DNA of 64,000 nucleotides from Sedimentisphaerales bacterium. Lineage in GTDB: Bacteria; Planctomycetota; Phycisphaerae; Sedimentisphaerales; Anaerobacaceae. Below the pieces are notes generated by a model. The model worked only from the letters and a program-made list of their open reading frames with translations, had not been told where the DNA came from and did not search any database. The position numbers were made by a program, and so were the translations under genes. Shown here piece by piece: positions 46,933 to 56,592 of this stretch (its first letter is position 1; the number at the start of each line of letters is the position of its first letter). Location of the stretch: positions 576,001-640,000 of the forward strand of contig JAXGYC010000007.1 in NCBI GenBank assembly GCA_040772485.1, read 5' to 3'.

Positions 46933-48795
46933 ATGAAAACACGCAACGCGGCCTGGATGATCCTGCTCGTATCAATGTGGTGTCCCGGGGCGGATGCCTA
47001 TGAGAATTTCGCCGTCGCGGTGTACTGCCGGGCGTACGAAACCAAAGAGATGGCGGATCGGAGCTGGCTGGATTCACGCTGGCAGGACATCACCAGGCAG
47101 GTCCACGTGGACAAGGTATACCTGGAGACCCACCGCGATCTGCTGATCGTCGACGACGAGACGCTGAATCAGGCCAAGGCGTATTTCCGCGAGCGCGGGG
47201 TTCGCACCGCCGGCGGCATCACCCTGACGGTCAATGAGCGCAACCGGTTCGAGACCTTCTGCTACACCAATCCGGAACACCGGCAGAAGGTCAAGGAGAT
47301 CGTCGAGCACACGGCGCGCCACTTCGACGAACTGATTCTGGACGACTTCTTCTTCACGAGCTGCAAGTGCCGTCTCTGCATCGCCGCCAAAGGCGACAAA
47401 TCCTGGACGCAATATCGCCTGGACCTCATGGAGGAGGCGGCCCGGAGCCTGATCCTCGCGCCCGCCAGGGCGGTCAACCCCAAGGTCAAGGTCGTAATCA
47501 AGTACCCCAACTGGTACGAACACTTCCAGGGCCTGGGTTTCCACCTGGAGAAAGAGCCGGCCCTGTTCGACGGCCTCTACACCGGCACCGAGACCCGCGA
47601 TCCGTCCGGCAACCAGCACCTCCAGCCGTATCTGGGTTATCTGATCTTCCGCTACTTCGAGAACCTCAAGCCCGGCGGCAACGGCGGCGGCTGGGTCGAT
47701 ACCGGCGGCCTGCCGACGATGGACCGCTACGCCGAACAACTCTGGCTGACTCTGTTCGCCAAGGCCCCGGAGATCACCCTCTTCGACATCCGCCAGATCA
47801 CGCGTCCGGTCCCGTCGAACCTGCGGGCCGCCTGGCAGGATGGACAGACCAGCTTCGACTTCGATGCAATCAAGGCGCCCATCAGGCTGGCCGACGGCGC
47901 CACGTATCAGCCGAACATGTTCGCCCGGGCGGCGGGCGTGACCTTCGAACAGGTGGACCGTTTCCTGAGCAAGCTCGGCGAGCCGGTGGGAGTCAAGAGC
48001 TACAAGCCCTGTCACTCCACCGGCGAGGACTTCCTGCACAACTACGTGGGCATGTGCGGCGTGCCCATGGACCTGACGCCGGAGTTTCCGAGGGACGCGA
48101 ACACGGTCTTCCTGGCGGAAACCGCGAAGTTCGACCCCGATCTGGTGGGCAAGATCAAGGCGCATCTCATGCAGGGCAGGCAGGTGATGATCACGTCCGG
48201 CCTGCTCGGCGCCTTGCAGGGCAAAGGCATCGAGTCGATCGTGGAAATGCAGGTCACCGGCCGCAAAGCCATCGTGAAGGACTTCCGAGCCGGCTGGGGT
48301 CCCACGGTCGGAGCGAAGGCCGAGATGGTCATCCCGCAGATCCAGTACCTGACCAACGACTCATGGGAAGAGGTCTCGGCCCTGGACGAAACCAACGGCT
48401 GGCCCATGCTGCACTCGGCCTCTTACGGCGGAGGAACCCTGTACGTGCTGACCATTCCCGAGAGCTTCACAGACCTGTACCATCTGCCGGCGGCGGTTCT
48501 GGACCAGATCAGAGACACGTTGTGTCGGGACTTGTTCGTGCGTCTGCACGGACCGGCCATGGTGTCTCTGTTTGCGTACGACAACGGCACGTTCATCGTG
48601 GAGTCCTTCCGCGACGAGCCGGTGGACGTACAGATATGGACGAAGAATCAGACGACCGCCTTGACGGATCTGCTCAGCGGCCAGGCTGTCCCCGCCCGTC
48701 CGCTGCCACAAAGTCCCTGGCAACGCGTCTCGGGCAGCATGTTCGAGGTCACCCTGCCGCCGCATTCCTACCGCGTCTTCCGGGCACAACGATAG
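46933..48795 (+). CDS. Secreted hypothetical protein, putative glycoside hydrolase (TIM barrel plus GH42-type trimerisation-like C-terminus)
   Basis: Signal peptide, FDELILDDFFFTSCKC, IKYPNWYE, TGTETRD; no TM helices beyond the signal. Confidence 0.65.
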   Translation: MKTRNAAWMILLVSMWCPGADAYENFAVAVYCRAYETKEMADRSWLDSRWQDITRQVHVDKVYLETHRDLLIVDDETLNQAKAYFRERGVRTAGGITLTVNERNRFETFCYTNPEHRQKVKEIVEHTARHFDELILDDFFFTSCKCRLCIAAKGDKSWTQYRLDLMEEAARSLILAPARAVNPKVKVVIKYPNWYEHFQGLGFHLEKEPALFDGLYTGTETRDPSGNQHLQPYLGYLIFRYFENLKPGGNGGGWVDTGGLPTMDRYAEQLWLTLFAKAPEITLFDIRQITRPVPSNLRAAWQDGQTSFDFDAIKAPIRLADGATYQPNMFARAAGVTFEQVDRFLSKLGEPVGVKSYKPCHSTGEDFLHNYVGMCGVPMDLTPEFPRDANTVFLAETAKFDPDLVGKIKAHLMQGRQVMITSGLLGALQGKGIESIVEMQVTGRKAIVKDFRAGWGPTVGAKAEMVIPQIQYLTNDSWEEVSALDETNGWPMLHSASYGGGTLYVLTIPESFTDLYHLPAAVLDQIRDTLCRDLFVRLHGPAMVSLFAYDNGTFIVESFRDEPVDVQIWTKNQTTALTDLLSGQAVPARPLPQSPWQRVSGSMFEVTLPPHSYRVFRAQR

Positions 48796-48875
48796 AGCCG
48801 TCGAACGACGACGTGCACGATCGCAATCCGCCTGCGGCGGACCGTCCGGCCCGCGCGATGCGGCCGTCTCAGAAG

Positions 48876-49679
48876 TCAGTATATCGTTTCATCCACGTCG
48901 GCCATTCGTCGGGCGTAACCCCCCCCGGCTATAGTCCACGGGCCTCGCGTGTCGTAGGTCTTATGCCACTTCAGGACCCACAACTCCTTCAGACTCACCT
49001 TTCGCACGGACCAGTCGAGAAACGCCATGTTGGTGCCCCCGTCATGCCGGTCGATACAGATACGCCGCATGTGCTGCGTGCCCTCCCAGGCCATGTCCGG
49101 AATGGGGGGCGGACTGTCCTGGGGCAACGGGAAAACGTTGAAACGCAGAGCATCCATGAACAAAGGCACGTAGGCAGCCCCCTTGACGCCCGGAGTCCGC
49201 CAGTTGTTCTTGGTCTCGAAACCCTCGTACACCGTCGCCACGTCTGCCGGCGGGCTCTCCACCCAGCCGTTGATCCCGTAGCTGCCCCAGTCCCCTTCCG
49301 GCGCGTATCCTTCGCCCCAGAACCGGCCCCAGGCGGAGTACACATTCCACACCGGCGCGCTCAGACCGTTCTCATCGATGATGGGCTTCATAGCCGTCGG
49401 GCAGCAGCGAATCTTGTAGTCGTTCTTGTATAGCGGCCGCAACGCGTTCATCCAGTGGTACGTGTGCCCGCTGCCGACGCCCGCCTGGAATTTGCCGTCG
49501 TGCTGCTCGGTGTACATCTGGAAGAACAGGCACCATTGCCTCAGGTTGGCCCGGCACCCGATCGTCCTGGCCTGGTCCTTGACGCGAGCCAGCGCCGGCA
49601 TCAGGATCGCCATCAGCAGGGCAATGATTGCGATCACGACGAGCAGCTCAATCAGGGTGAATGCTGTACGCTTAGCCAT
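48876..49679 (-). CDS. Prepilin-type N-terminal cleavage/methylation protein (planctomycete H-X9-DG type); probable +1 frameshift near the C-terminus
   Basis: [53 protein letters not shown]8 run at 48919-48926; alternative frame ends at 48869. Confidence 0.9.
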   Translation of the reverse strand: MAKRTAFTLIELLVVIAIIALLMAILMPALARVKDQARTIGCRANLRQWCLFFQMYTEQHDGKFQAGVGSGHTYHWMNALRPLYKNDYKIRCCPTAMKPIIDENGLSAPVWNVYSAWGRFWGEGYAPEGDWGSYGINGWVESPPADVATVYEGFETKNNWRTPGVKGAAYVPLFMDALRFNVFPLPQDSPPPIPDMAWEGTQHMRRICIDRHDGGTNMAFLDWSVRKVSLKELWVLKWHKTYDTRGPWTIAGGGYARRMADVDETIY

Positions 49680-49799
49680 GATACGCACTCCCAAGAAGAA
49701 CAACCGTTCTATCGTATGGGCAGCCGATCACCCGGTGCAGCGATCCGGCCGGCCTCGTATCGCGCCGTACCTCCAGGCCGTTCCACGACCCTCTTTCCT

Positions 49800-49805
49800 A
49801 TTATA
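49800..49805 (-). promoter_or_regulatory. -10 element TATAAT upstream of the prepilin-type gene
   Basis: Perfect hexamer in an AT-richer intergenic region, 120 bp upstream of the start. Confidence 0.45.
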
Positions 49806-49851
49806 CCCATTCCCCCCTCTTCGAGGAAGCTCGTTTTGAAGCCTCTTGTTT

Positions 49852-49934
49852 GTAGTGTGCCCGTAAGGGCATACTGTCCTCGGAACACGTAGCGCCGATG
49901 GCGAACGCAGGGGCGAACGATGATTCGCCCCTGC
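49852..49934. repeat. Family B REP (49852-49876) and family A REP (49907-49934)
   Basis: gtagtgtgcccgtaagggcatactg; gcaggggcgaacgatgattcgcccctgc. Confidence 0.8.
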
Positions 49935-49963
49935 CCACAGCCGCCGACCTCCATCCTGCGGTC

Positions 49964-50758
49964 CTATTTCTTCGTCGAAGCGGCCAGCATCCCCTTGATC
50001 GCGGCGACCCTGACCTGGGTGGGCTGGTCGCTGCCATTGAGCGCCTTGTACAGAGCCAACGCCTCGGACTTGGCTCCATCGGCCAGCAACTGCTCGGCAC
50101 AAAGCAAGCGGGCATCGGCGACAGGCACCTTCATGTCGGCCGGCGCGGTCTTGGCGAACTCGCTCAGCGCATCGGCCGCAGCCGGCGTGCCGATCAGGGC
50201 CAGCGCGTGGGCCGCCGCCCGGGCCACGTCTTTGTCGGAATCGCCGAGAGACGCCGCGATGGCCGCAACGCTCGTCGCGTCACGACGCACGCCCAGCGAG
50301 CCGATCAGGCCCGGTCGGAGTTTGCCGCCGACCTTCGACAGCGCGTCCCGCATCGCCTCGGTCGCCTTGGCGCCCGGCATCCGCTCCAGAGCGTAGCGTG
50401 CGATGTGCGAGGTCTTCTCCTCGGCCAGAAGAGCGGCCAGCGCCTCCACCGACTGGCTCGTACCCACCGCTCTCAGCTTGCGGCACACATAGTCTTGCGC
50501 GGATCGGGAAAGGCCGCCGGCCAGCGTATCCACCAGTCTCTTCTCCACAGCCTGGCGTGCCGCCGCATCGCCGTGCGTCGCGATGATTGCCTGGTCGATC
50601 GGATTCAACGTCGCGCGGTCCGCGCCCCAGTCGTAGGTCTTGAGCGTTTCGAATGCTTTATCCACTTCGGCCGAATTGGCCTGGGCCACGGCGCCGGCCG
50701 CGACCAGGGTGGCCGCTCCCGCCGTCAGGGTCATTTTCGCAGTCTGTTCGTTCGTCAT
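49964..50758 (-). CDS. HEAT/PBS-lyase repeat protein
   Basis: GGAG RBS; LKTYDWG, SVEALAALL, ARYALER, LIGSLGVRRD, VARAAAHALALIG. Confidence 0.85.
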   Translation of the reverse strand: MTNEQTAKMTLTAGAATLVAAGAVAQANSAEVDKAFETLKTYDWGADRATLNPIDQAIIATHGDAAARQAVEKRLVDTLAGGLSRSAQDYVCRKLRAVGTSQSVEALAALLAEEKTSHIARYALERMPGAKATEAMRDALSKVGGKLRPGLIGSLGVRRDATSVAAIAASLGDSDKDVARAAAHALALIGTPAAADALSEFAKTAPADMKVPVADARLLCAEQLLADGAKSEALALYKALNGSDQPTQVRVAAIKGMLAASTKK

Positions 50759-50790
50759 CGTCGTTTCTCCATGTCGCAATGGTCGCGTTC

Positions 50791-52035
50791 TTAGATCACC
50801 CACGGCTCTCGTCTGGCCACGTCGACAAGGCGGTTGGCTTCGTCGTCGTTGACAAACTGCTGTTTGGCCGCCTCCCATTTGAGGGACCGTTCCAGTTCGT
50901 AGGCCGCCAGGAACAGGTGACAAACGTTCGCGGTGTGGACCGCGAATTCGATGTCACGGAAGGGCTTTCGGCGCGTCTTGACGCAGTCGATGAAGTCGCC
51001 GTAAATGCCGCCGGTTCCGGCGTAAGTGGGAACCGGCTTCGAGGGAGCCGCATCGCCCGCGAACTCTACATCCAGATTGCCCCGCCCGGGATAGTTGTGG
51101 TGGAGAAGTTTTCCGTTCGGGAAGCGGCAGGTCGCGAACTTCCTGCCGTTCTCATTGTGGAAGGTGACCTCTTCCGGCTCCATCTCCCGCACGTCGATGG
51201 CGAACGTCGCGCCACCGAAATGATGGGCGCCCCAGTCGGTCATTCCGCCGCCGGAGTAATCCTTGAAGGATCGCCAGCTCGTGCCGTCGATGTTGTAGCT
51301 GCCGCTGCACCGGTGGGGATGGTACGGCGCCCAGGGGGCCGGTCCAAGCCACATGTCCCAGTCGAAGCCATCGGGGATGGGCTCGCCCGGCTTGTTGCAG
51401 TCGGTTGGGAACGGACCGACGTTGACGTTGATCGACTTGACGTTGCCCTTTTCTCCGCTCCAGCAGGCATCGACGATTTTGCGGTAATCTTCGAGCACGC
51501 GCTGGCTGCCGCCGGAGACAACCCGATTGTAGCGACGGGCGGCGTCGATCATCAGCTTGCCTTCGCGAAGCGTTTTGGTCTCGGGCTTCTGGCAGTAGAT
51601 GTCCTTCCCGTTGCGGCAGGCTTCGATGACGATGATCGCGTGCCAGTGATCCGGCGTGGCGCAATGCACCGCGTCGATGTCGCTGCGCGCCATGACCTCG
51701 CGGAAGTCACGGTATGCCTTGCAGTCCTTGTTGTTGTACTTCTGGTTCACGCGGTTTGTGAAGGCCTCGCGAACGTCCCTCTTGACGTCGCAGACGGCAA
51801 CATACTGGACGTCGTCGCGGCCCAGGAAGGAACCCAGGTCGCCGCTGCCCATGTTGCCGAGCCCGATGCCGGCCATCACGATGCGGTTGCTCGGCGCCAC
51901 GGCCCCGGCGTTGCCCATCGCCGACGCCGGGATCAGGTAGGGAAACGCCACCGATGCCGCCGTTGCCTTCAGAAATGCTCTTCGACCGGCAGACATGCCC
52001 CGGTCTTGCGTTGGTTTGCTCCTCTGCTCTGCCAC
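50791..52035 (-). CDS. Tat-exported Gfo/Idh/MocA oxidoreductase
   Basis: GRRAFLK, GIGLGNMG, ATPDHWH, DIYCQKP, DWDMWLGPAP, MTDWGAHH; GTG 52035 preceded by AAAGGA. Confidence 0.92.
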   Translation of the reverse strand: MAEQRSKPTQDRGMSAGRRAFLKATAASVAFPYLIPASAMGNAGAVAPSNRIVMAGIGLGNMGSGDLGSFLGRDDVQYVAVCDVKRDVREAFTNRVNQKYNNKDCKAYRDFREVMARSDIDAVHCATPDHWHAIIVIEACRNGKDIYCQKPETKTLREGKLMIDAARRYNRVVSGGSQRVLEDYRKIVDACWSGEKGNVKSINVNVGPFPTDCNKPGEPIPDGFDWDMWLGPAPWAPYHPHRCSGSYNIDGTSWRSFKDYSGGGMTDWGAHHFGGATFAIDVREMEPEEVTFHNENGRKFATCRFPNGKLLHHNYPGRGNLDVEFAGDAAPSKPVPTYAGTGGIYGDFIDCVKTRRKPFRDIEFAVHTANVCHLFLAAYELERSLKWEAAKQQFVNDDEANRLVDVARREPWVI

Positions 52036-52261
52036 GTGTCGATCCTTTCCTGGGGTCAATGGGAATGATTGCTTCGGGTCATATCGATTCCATACCTCCC
52101 GTACCCGGCCACAGACCGGCCATCGGCACGGTCACGATGCCCCGGTCTTGCGGCGTCGGCCACAATCGTATGCGATCCGCCAGCGGCGATCAAGCAATAT
52201 AACTCCCCAGGGCGCCCTGCGATTTGTGCGCATTTCAGTGCAGAGCCAGCGGCCTGCGGGG

Positions 52262-52267
52262 TATAAT
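52262..52267 (+). promoter_or_regulatory. -10 TATAAT 7 nt before ATG (leaderless-type arrangement)
   Basis: ggTATAATcactcgcATG with no Shine-Dalgarno. Confidence 0.55.
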
Positions 52268-52274
52268 CACTCGC

Positions 52275-53609
52275 ATGACCGATAAACCAAGACTCCTGTC
52301 AGCTTCTTCCCCTCAGGGGGCCCAATGTGCCTCCAACCCGATCCCGTCGGCGATTTCGAGACGCTGGTTCCTAAGGTCCTCCGCCGTGCTGGCAGGCGGT
52401 GTGTCGTTGATGGCGCAGACGCTCATGGCCCAATCGCCCGAAGCGGAAAAACCACTCATGGCCTATGTGGGCACATTCAGTTCGCCACTTCGTGACGTGC
52501 TGCCGACACAGGTCGATCTGCCTCCCGGAAACGGACGCGGCATTCATCTGTTCCGCGTGGATCGCACCACCGGCGACATGACCCCTTACGGCGTCTACGA
52601 GTCAGGGACGAGCCCAAGCTGTCTGGCGTTGAATGCCGCCGGGACGCGCTTGTATTCCGCCAACGAGACGGACCGCGTGGGCGACGACAAGGACGGTACG
52701 GTCAGCGCCTTCGCGATCGACCGCGCGGATGGGCAGTTGAGACTGCTCAGCACAGTGCCCTCCGGCGGCGCCGGGCCCACCTACGTGAGCGTACATCCTT
52801 CGGGCAGGTTCCTGCTGGTGGCCAATTACTTCAGCGGCTCCGTGGCCGTGCTGCCGATCCTGCCCGACGGTGACCTGGGCGCCGCCACGGACGTCAAGGT
52901 GGACGCAGGAACGCTGGGACCGACGAGGGCAACGAACGCCCCGCCGGGCAGCTTCGCGTTCAGCGGACACGACCGGACTCATGCGCACATGATCCAGGCC
53001 GATCCTTCGGGGCGCTTCGTTCTGCACGTCGATCTCGGCCTGGACCGGATCTTCGTCTGGAGGTTCGACGACCGCAACGGCGTGCTCACGGCGAACGATC
53101 CGCCCGCGGTCTCGCTGCCGCCGGGAGATGGGCCTCGGCACTTCTGCTTCCATCCGAATGGACGCTGGCTCTATTCCATTCAGGAGGAAGGCTCGAACGT
53201 CGTGCTGTTCGACTACGATTCCGAGAAGGGCCGGCTGGCCGCACGCCAGACTGTCCCCACCCTGCCGCCCGCCTTCGCCGGCAGCAATTTCTGTTCGGAG
53301 ATCATGGTCTCGGCCGACGGCCGCTTCCTCTACGCGGGCAACCGCCTGCACGACAGCATCGCGGTCTTCTCCATCGGCGACACCGGCGCCCTGACTTATG
53401 TCGGCGAGGAATGGACGCGAGGCAACTACCCGCGCAGCTTCAATTTCGACCCCTCCGGCCGCTTCCTCTACTGCTGCAACCAGCGCAGCGACAACGTCGC
53501 CGTCTTCCGCGTGGACCGTCAAACGGGCCGCCTGGCCTTCACCGGTCACTACGCACCCGTCGGCAATCCGTCCGTCATCGTTTTCCTCGATCTAACGACG
53601 GTGGGTTGA
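52275..53609 (+). CDS. Tat-exported lactonase family protein (6-phosphogluconolactonase-like 7-bladed propeller)
   Basis: SRRWFL, YVGT, LYSANE, LLVANY, HAHMI..DPSG, DLGLD, GPRH, NRLHDSI, YPRSF. Confidence 0.92.
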   Translation: MTDKPRLLSASSPQGAQCASNPIPSAISRRWFLRSSAVLAGGVSLMAQTLMAQSPEAEKPLMAYVGTFSSPLRDVLPTQVDLPPGNGRGIHLFRVDRTTGDMTPYGVYESGTSPSCLALNAAGTRLYSANETDRVGDDKDGTVSAFAIDRADGQLRLLSTVPSGGAGPTYVSVHPSGRFLLVANYFSGSVAVLPILPDGDLGAATDVKVDAGTLGPTRATNAPPGSFAFSGHDRTHAHMIQADPSGRFVLHVDLGLDRIFVWRFDDRNGVLTANDPPAVSLPPGDGPRHFCFHPNGRWLYSIQEEGSNVVLFDYDSEKGRLAARQTVPTLPPAFAGSNFCSEIMVSADGRFLYAGNRLHDSIAVFSIGDTGALTYVGEEWTRGNYPRSFNFDPSGRFLYCCNQRSDNVAVFRVDRQTGRLAFTGHYAPVGNPSVIVFLDLTTVG

Positions 53610-53625
53610 ATTCGCATGAACTGAC

Positions 53626-53699
<74 letters not shown>

Positions 53700-53719
53700 T
53701 CGTTGCGTCAAGCGGCTGT

Positions 53720-53749
53720 ACTTTAACGACTTCCCGCCGGTTTCGTCAA
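53720..53749 (-). promoter_or_regulatory. Sigma70-type promoter for the tRNA (TTGACG-N18-TAAAGT)
   Basis: -35 at 53749-53744, -10 at 53725-53720, 20 bp upstream of the tRNA. Confidence 0.55.
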
Positions 53750-53807
53750 CCCGGAAGGTCGGTTTCCGGACTCCCCTGGCGGGCGACGGCCGCTCCAAAC
53801 GGCAACC

Positions 53808-56000
53808 TCAGGGACGAATCTGGATCGTGCTGGGCCCGAGGACTTCAGCCGATTTCGCGCCGGTGGTGAGATTCATGCGGATGCGATCGACAGGAACGCC
53901 GTTGAACGAGCAGGACTGACGGTCGTCGCCGTTGACCGTGACGAGGGTCTCTGGGTGGTCGTAGAACAGGACCGCACCATCGAAGCGGTTGATCGGATCC
54001 TCATAGGCGATGCCCTGTGAGGCGGTCAGCGAGAGCAGTTCGGTGCGTCCGCGTTCGGTCTGGGTCAGGGCGATCTCGATGCGTCCGGCATCGGCCTCGA
54101 CGTGCCGCTTCTTGTAGCTGCCGTCGATCTGCGGGATGTAGTCGAGCAGGATCTGGCGACCGACCGCATCGGCGACGATCGTGTTGGTCTGTGCCGAATA
54201 CGTCAGCGAGTCGAAGTCCCTCAGGAAAGCGAAGCACGGCTGACGCAGGCTGAACTCGTTCGGCTCGACCGGTGTCTCGGGGGCCTGGCCGTTGTGCAGC
54301 CGGATCTCGCCCGGGCCGGTGACCGCAAAGGACTTCTCCTGGCCCTCGTAGTCAAGACGGTGCGAATGCAGCTCGACCCAGCCGATCAACTCATCGCCCA
54401 TGTGGCGCAGGGCGCGCACCGCGACGGGACCGCCCCAGGCCTCGAACCGCTTCAGACCGATGGACTTCTTGCCCGTCTTGGCATTGGGATCTTCAAACAG
54501 ATCGACCGCAAGCCTTGGCGCCGTGAGCATATACTCGTAGGCATAGTTCGGCTCGGTCTGCTGCAGCGTCACGATGCAGTTGCCGTCCAGCTCGACGCGG
54601 GTCGAAGCCGCGATGAACCGCACCGAGTCCTCGGCGCTGACCGTCACAGGCATTCGCCGGCCGCCGCTGTCGCGGCCGGTCAGGTCGTTCGCGTCGAGCG
54701 CATAGGTCATTCGCACCGGCCCGGTCAGCGTCGCATCCGTCGTCGTAGCATCGAAGTCGATGCGATGGGCAACAAGAGTCTGTCGGTTCGGATCGACCGC
54801 CGTCGGCTCGCTGGCGTCAGCCGGAGAGGCGGCGGTGTCGAGGCCCAGCGCCCCCAGATCGGGCTGGAGGCTCGGCGAACCCTTCGGCGCAATTACCAGG
54901 CCGCCGTGACAGGTGACGACGATGTCGAAAAACGATGGGGGAATCGCGTCGAGCGCCGGCGCCGGCGAAGGGCTGGTGTCCATCGCTTTCCGCACGGGGG
55001 ACGGCGGTTCGTTCGGCTCAGAGGCATTGGGTTCGGTCGCGGCCACCGTCGAGCCTGCGGAGGGTCCGGCGGTCTCGGCCTCGGGCGACGCGGGCCCTGT
55101 CCAGAGGACGTTGTCGATGACGAGCCGGTCCCGCGCCGTGACCTTCTGCTCGGGCGTCGTGATGATTACGTTGCGATGCAACACGCACTCATAGTAATCC
55201 GGCGTCGCGCCCCTGTCGGCGTCTACGGCGCGTGCGTCGGCGTCTGCCACAGCGACCTGGGCGGCCTCCGCGTCAGGCTCGTCGGGCACCGCGCTCGAAG
55301 CGGCCGACTCGGAAAGCGAAGCGAACAGGTCGCTGCGCAGCCGCAGGCTCTCCAACTCTCTGACACGGAACAGCTCCAGCCGGCGCTGGGCCTCGTCATA
55401 GAGCAGGTCCATGCCCCGTCCGGTGAGCTGCGCGCTGCGCGACACGAACCGGACCGCGCCGGTCGTGGAGAACAGCGAGCTGTCGGCAATGAAGGCCAGA
55501 TCGTCGAGGTAGACGTACAGCTCCAATGGGTTGTTGGGGTCGGTCGGAGTCACGCGGATCACGACGTTTCCCGTGAACGTCGCGTCGTCCGGGGAGGGCT
55601 GATCGAACGCGGTGTCGAGCTGCAACTCGCCTCGATCGGCGGTGATGCGGCAGTTGACCGGGCCCAGAAGCAGGCTCATCCACGGATGCGTGATCCGCCA
55701 CTGATCGCCCTCGCTGTACAGCAGTTGCTCGAAACCGAACTCGCGGTCGATCCGCCCGGTCTGGTCTGTGTGGAACAGGTGCGTCTGCCGGATGCCGCCG
55801 ACACCGACATCCCCGATGCGTCCGAGGTTGCGGCCGGACGACGCGGCATTGCCGTCGGAGACCTCCCGCGCGAGCTGGTCCCGCAGGTCCGCGTCCATAA
55901 CCGGTCCGCCGCCGGCCTGCATGAAGGCCAGGTACGCCAGAATCATGACGCCCAGGACAACGAAACCGATAGCGAATTTACGTAGATTCACGGTGTCCAT
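53808..56000 (-). CDS. Membrane-anchored periplasmic LptC/LptA(OstA)-like beta-jellyroll protein
   Basis: One N-terminal TM helix; ITADRG, FTGNVVI, TGRGM beta motifs; directly downstream of kdsD-kdsC as lptC/lptA are in other diderms. Confidence 0.65.
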   Translation of the reverse strand: MDTVNLRKFAIGFVVLGVMILAYLAFMQAGGGPVMDADLRDQLAREVSDGNAASSGRNLGRIGDVGVGGIRQTHLFHTDQTGRIDREFGFEQLLYSEGDQWRITHPWMSLLLGPVNCRITADRGELQLDTAFDQPSPDDATFTGNVVIRVTPTDPNNPLELYVYLDDLAFIADSSLFSTTGAVRFVSRSAQLTGRGMDLLYDEAQRRLELFRVRELESLRLRSDLFASLSESAASSAVPDEPDAEAAQVAVADADARAVDADRGATPDYYECVLHRNVIITTPEQKVTARDRLVIDNVLWTGPASPEAETAGPSAGSTVAATEPNASEPNEPPSPVRKAMDTSPSPAPALDAIPPSFFDIVVTCHGGLVIAPKGSPSLQPDLGALGLDTAASPADASEPTAVDPNRQTLVAHRIDFDATTTDATLTGPVRMTYALDANDLTGRDSGGRRMPVTVSAEDSVRFIAASTRVELDGNCIVTLQQTEPNYAYEYMLTAPRLAVDLFEDPNAKTGKKSIGLKRFEAWGGPVAVRALRHMGDELIGWVELHSHRLDYEGQEKSFAVTGPGEIRLHNGQAPETPVEPNEFSLRQPCFAFLRDFDSLTYSAQTNTIVADAVGRQILLDYIPQIDGSYKKRHVEADAGRIEIALTQTERGRTELLSLTASQGIAYEDPINRFDGAVLFYDHPETLVTVNGDDRQSCSFNGVPVDRIRMNLTTGAKSAEVLGPSTIQIRP

Positions 56001-56015
56001 CCAACCGCCTCGCGG

Positions 56016-56543
56016 TCACGCGAGGTATCGTTCCATCAGGGCCTGCCATCGGCCGGAGTTCTTGAGGATGTATTCGATCGTTTCGCGCACCGCCCCCTGC
56101 CCGCCCGGTCGCGTCGTGACATAGTCGGCTTCCCGCTTGACCTCGTCCACTGCGTTGGCAGTGGCAACGCCCAGACCGGCGAACCGGATCGCCGGCAGGT
56201 CCGGCAGATCGTCTCCAACATACGCGACGTTCTCCGGCTTCAGATGTATCTCTTCGAGCAGCGCCTCCAGCGCCGGCAGCTTGAAGTGACAGTTCTGGAT
56301 CACGTGAGCGATTTCCAATTGCTCGGCGCGGCGTTGCGTCGGTTCCGAATAGCGGCCGCTGAGCAGGGCCGTCTTGCCGCCGGCCCGCTGCCACATGCGA
56401 ATCCCGTGCCCGTCATGCGTGTGGAAACACTTGCTCTCGCGGCCGTCGCCGTGCAGGACCAACTGCCCGTCGGTCAGCACGCCGTCCACGTCGAGCACCA
56501 GCAGCTCGATCGCCCTGAGGTCTGGATTCCGCTCGTTCACCAT
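56016..56543 (-). CDS. kdsC: KDO 8-phosphate phosphatase (HAD)
   Basis: LLVLDVDGVLTDG, DGHGI, LSGR, YVGDDLPD, GGQGAVRE. Confidence 0.93.
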   Translation of the reverse strand: MVNERNPDLRAIELLVLDVDGVLTDGQLVLHGDGRESKCFHTHDGHGIRMWQRAGGKTALLSGRYSEPTQRRAEQLEIAHVIQNCHFKLPALEALLEEIHLKPENVAYVGDDLPDLPAIRFAGLGVATANAVDEVKREADYVTTRPGGQGAVRETIEYILKNSGRWQALMERYLA

Positions 56544-56592
56544 ATCCTGTGTCGCATCATCCTGTATGCGTCGCGCGGAACGCAATATCGGT

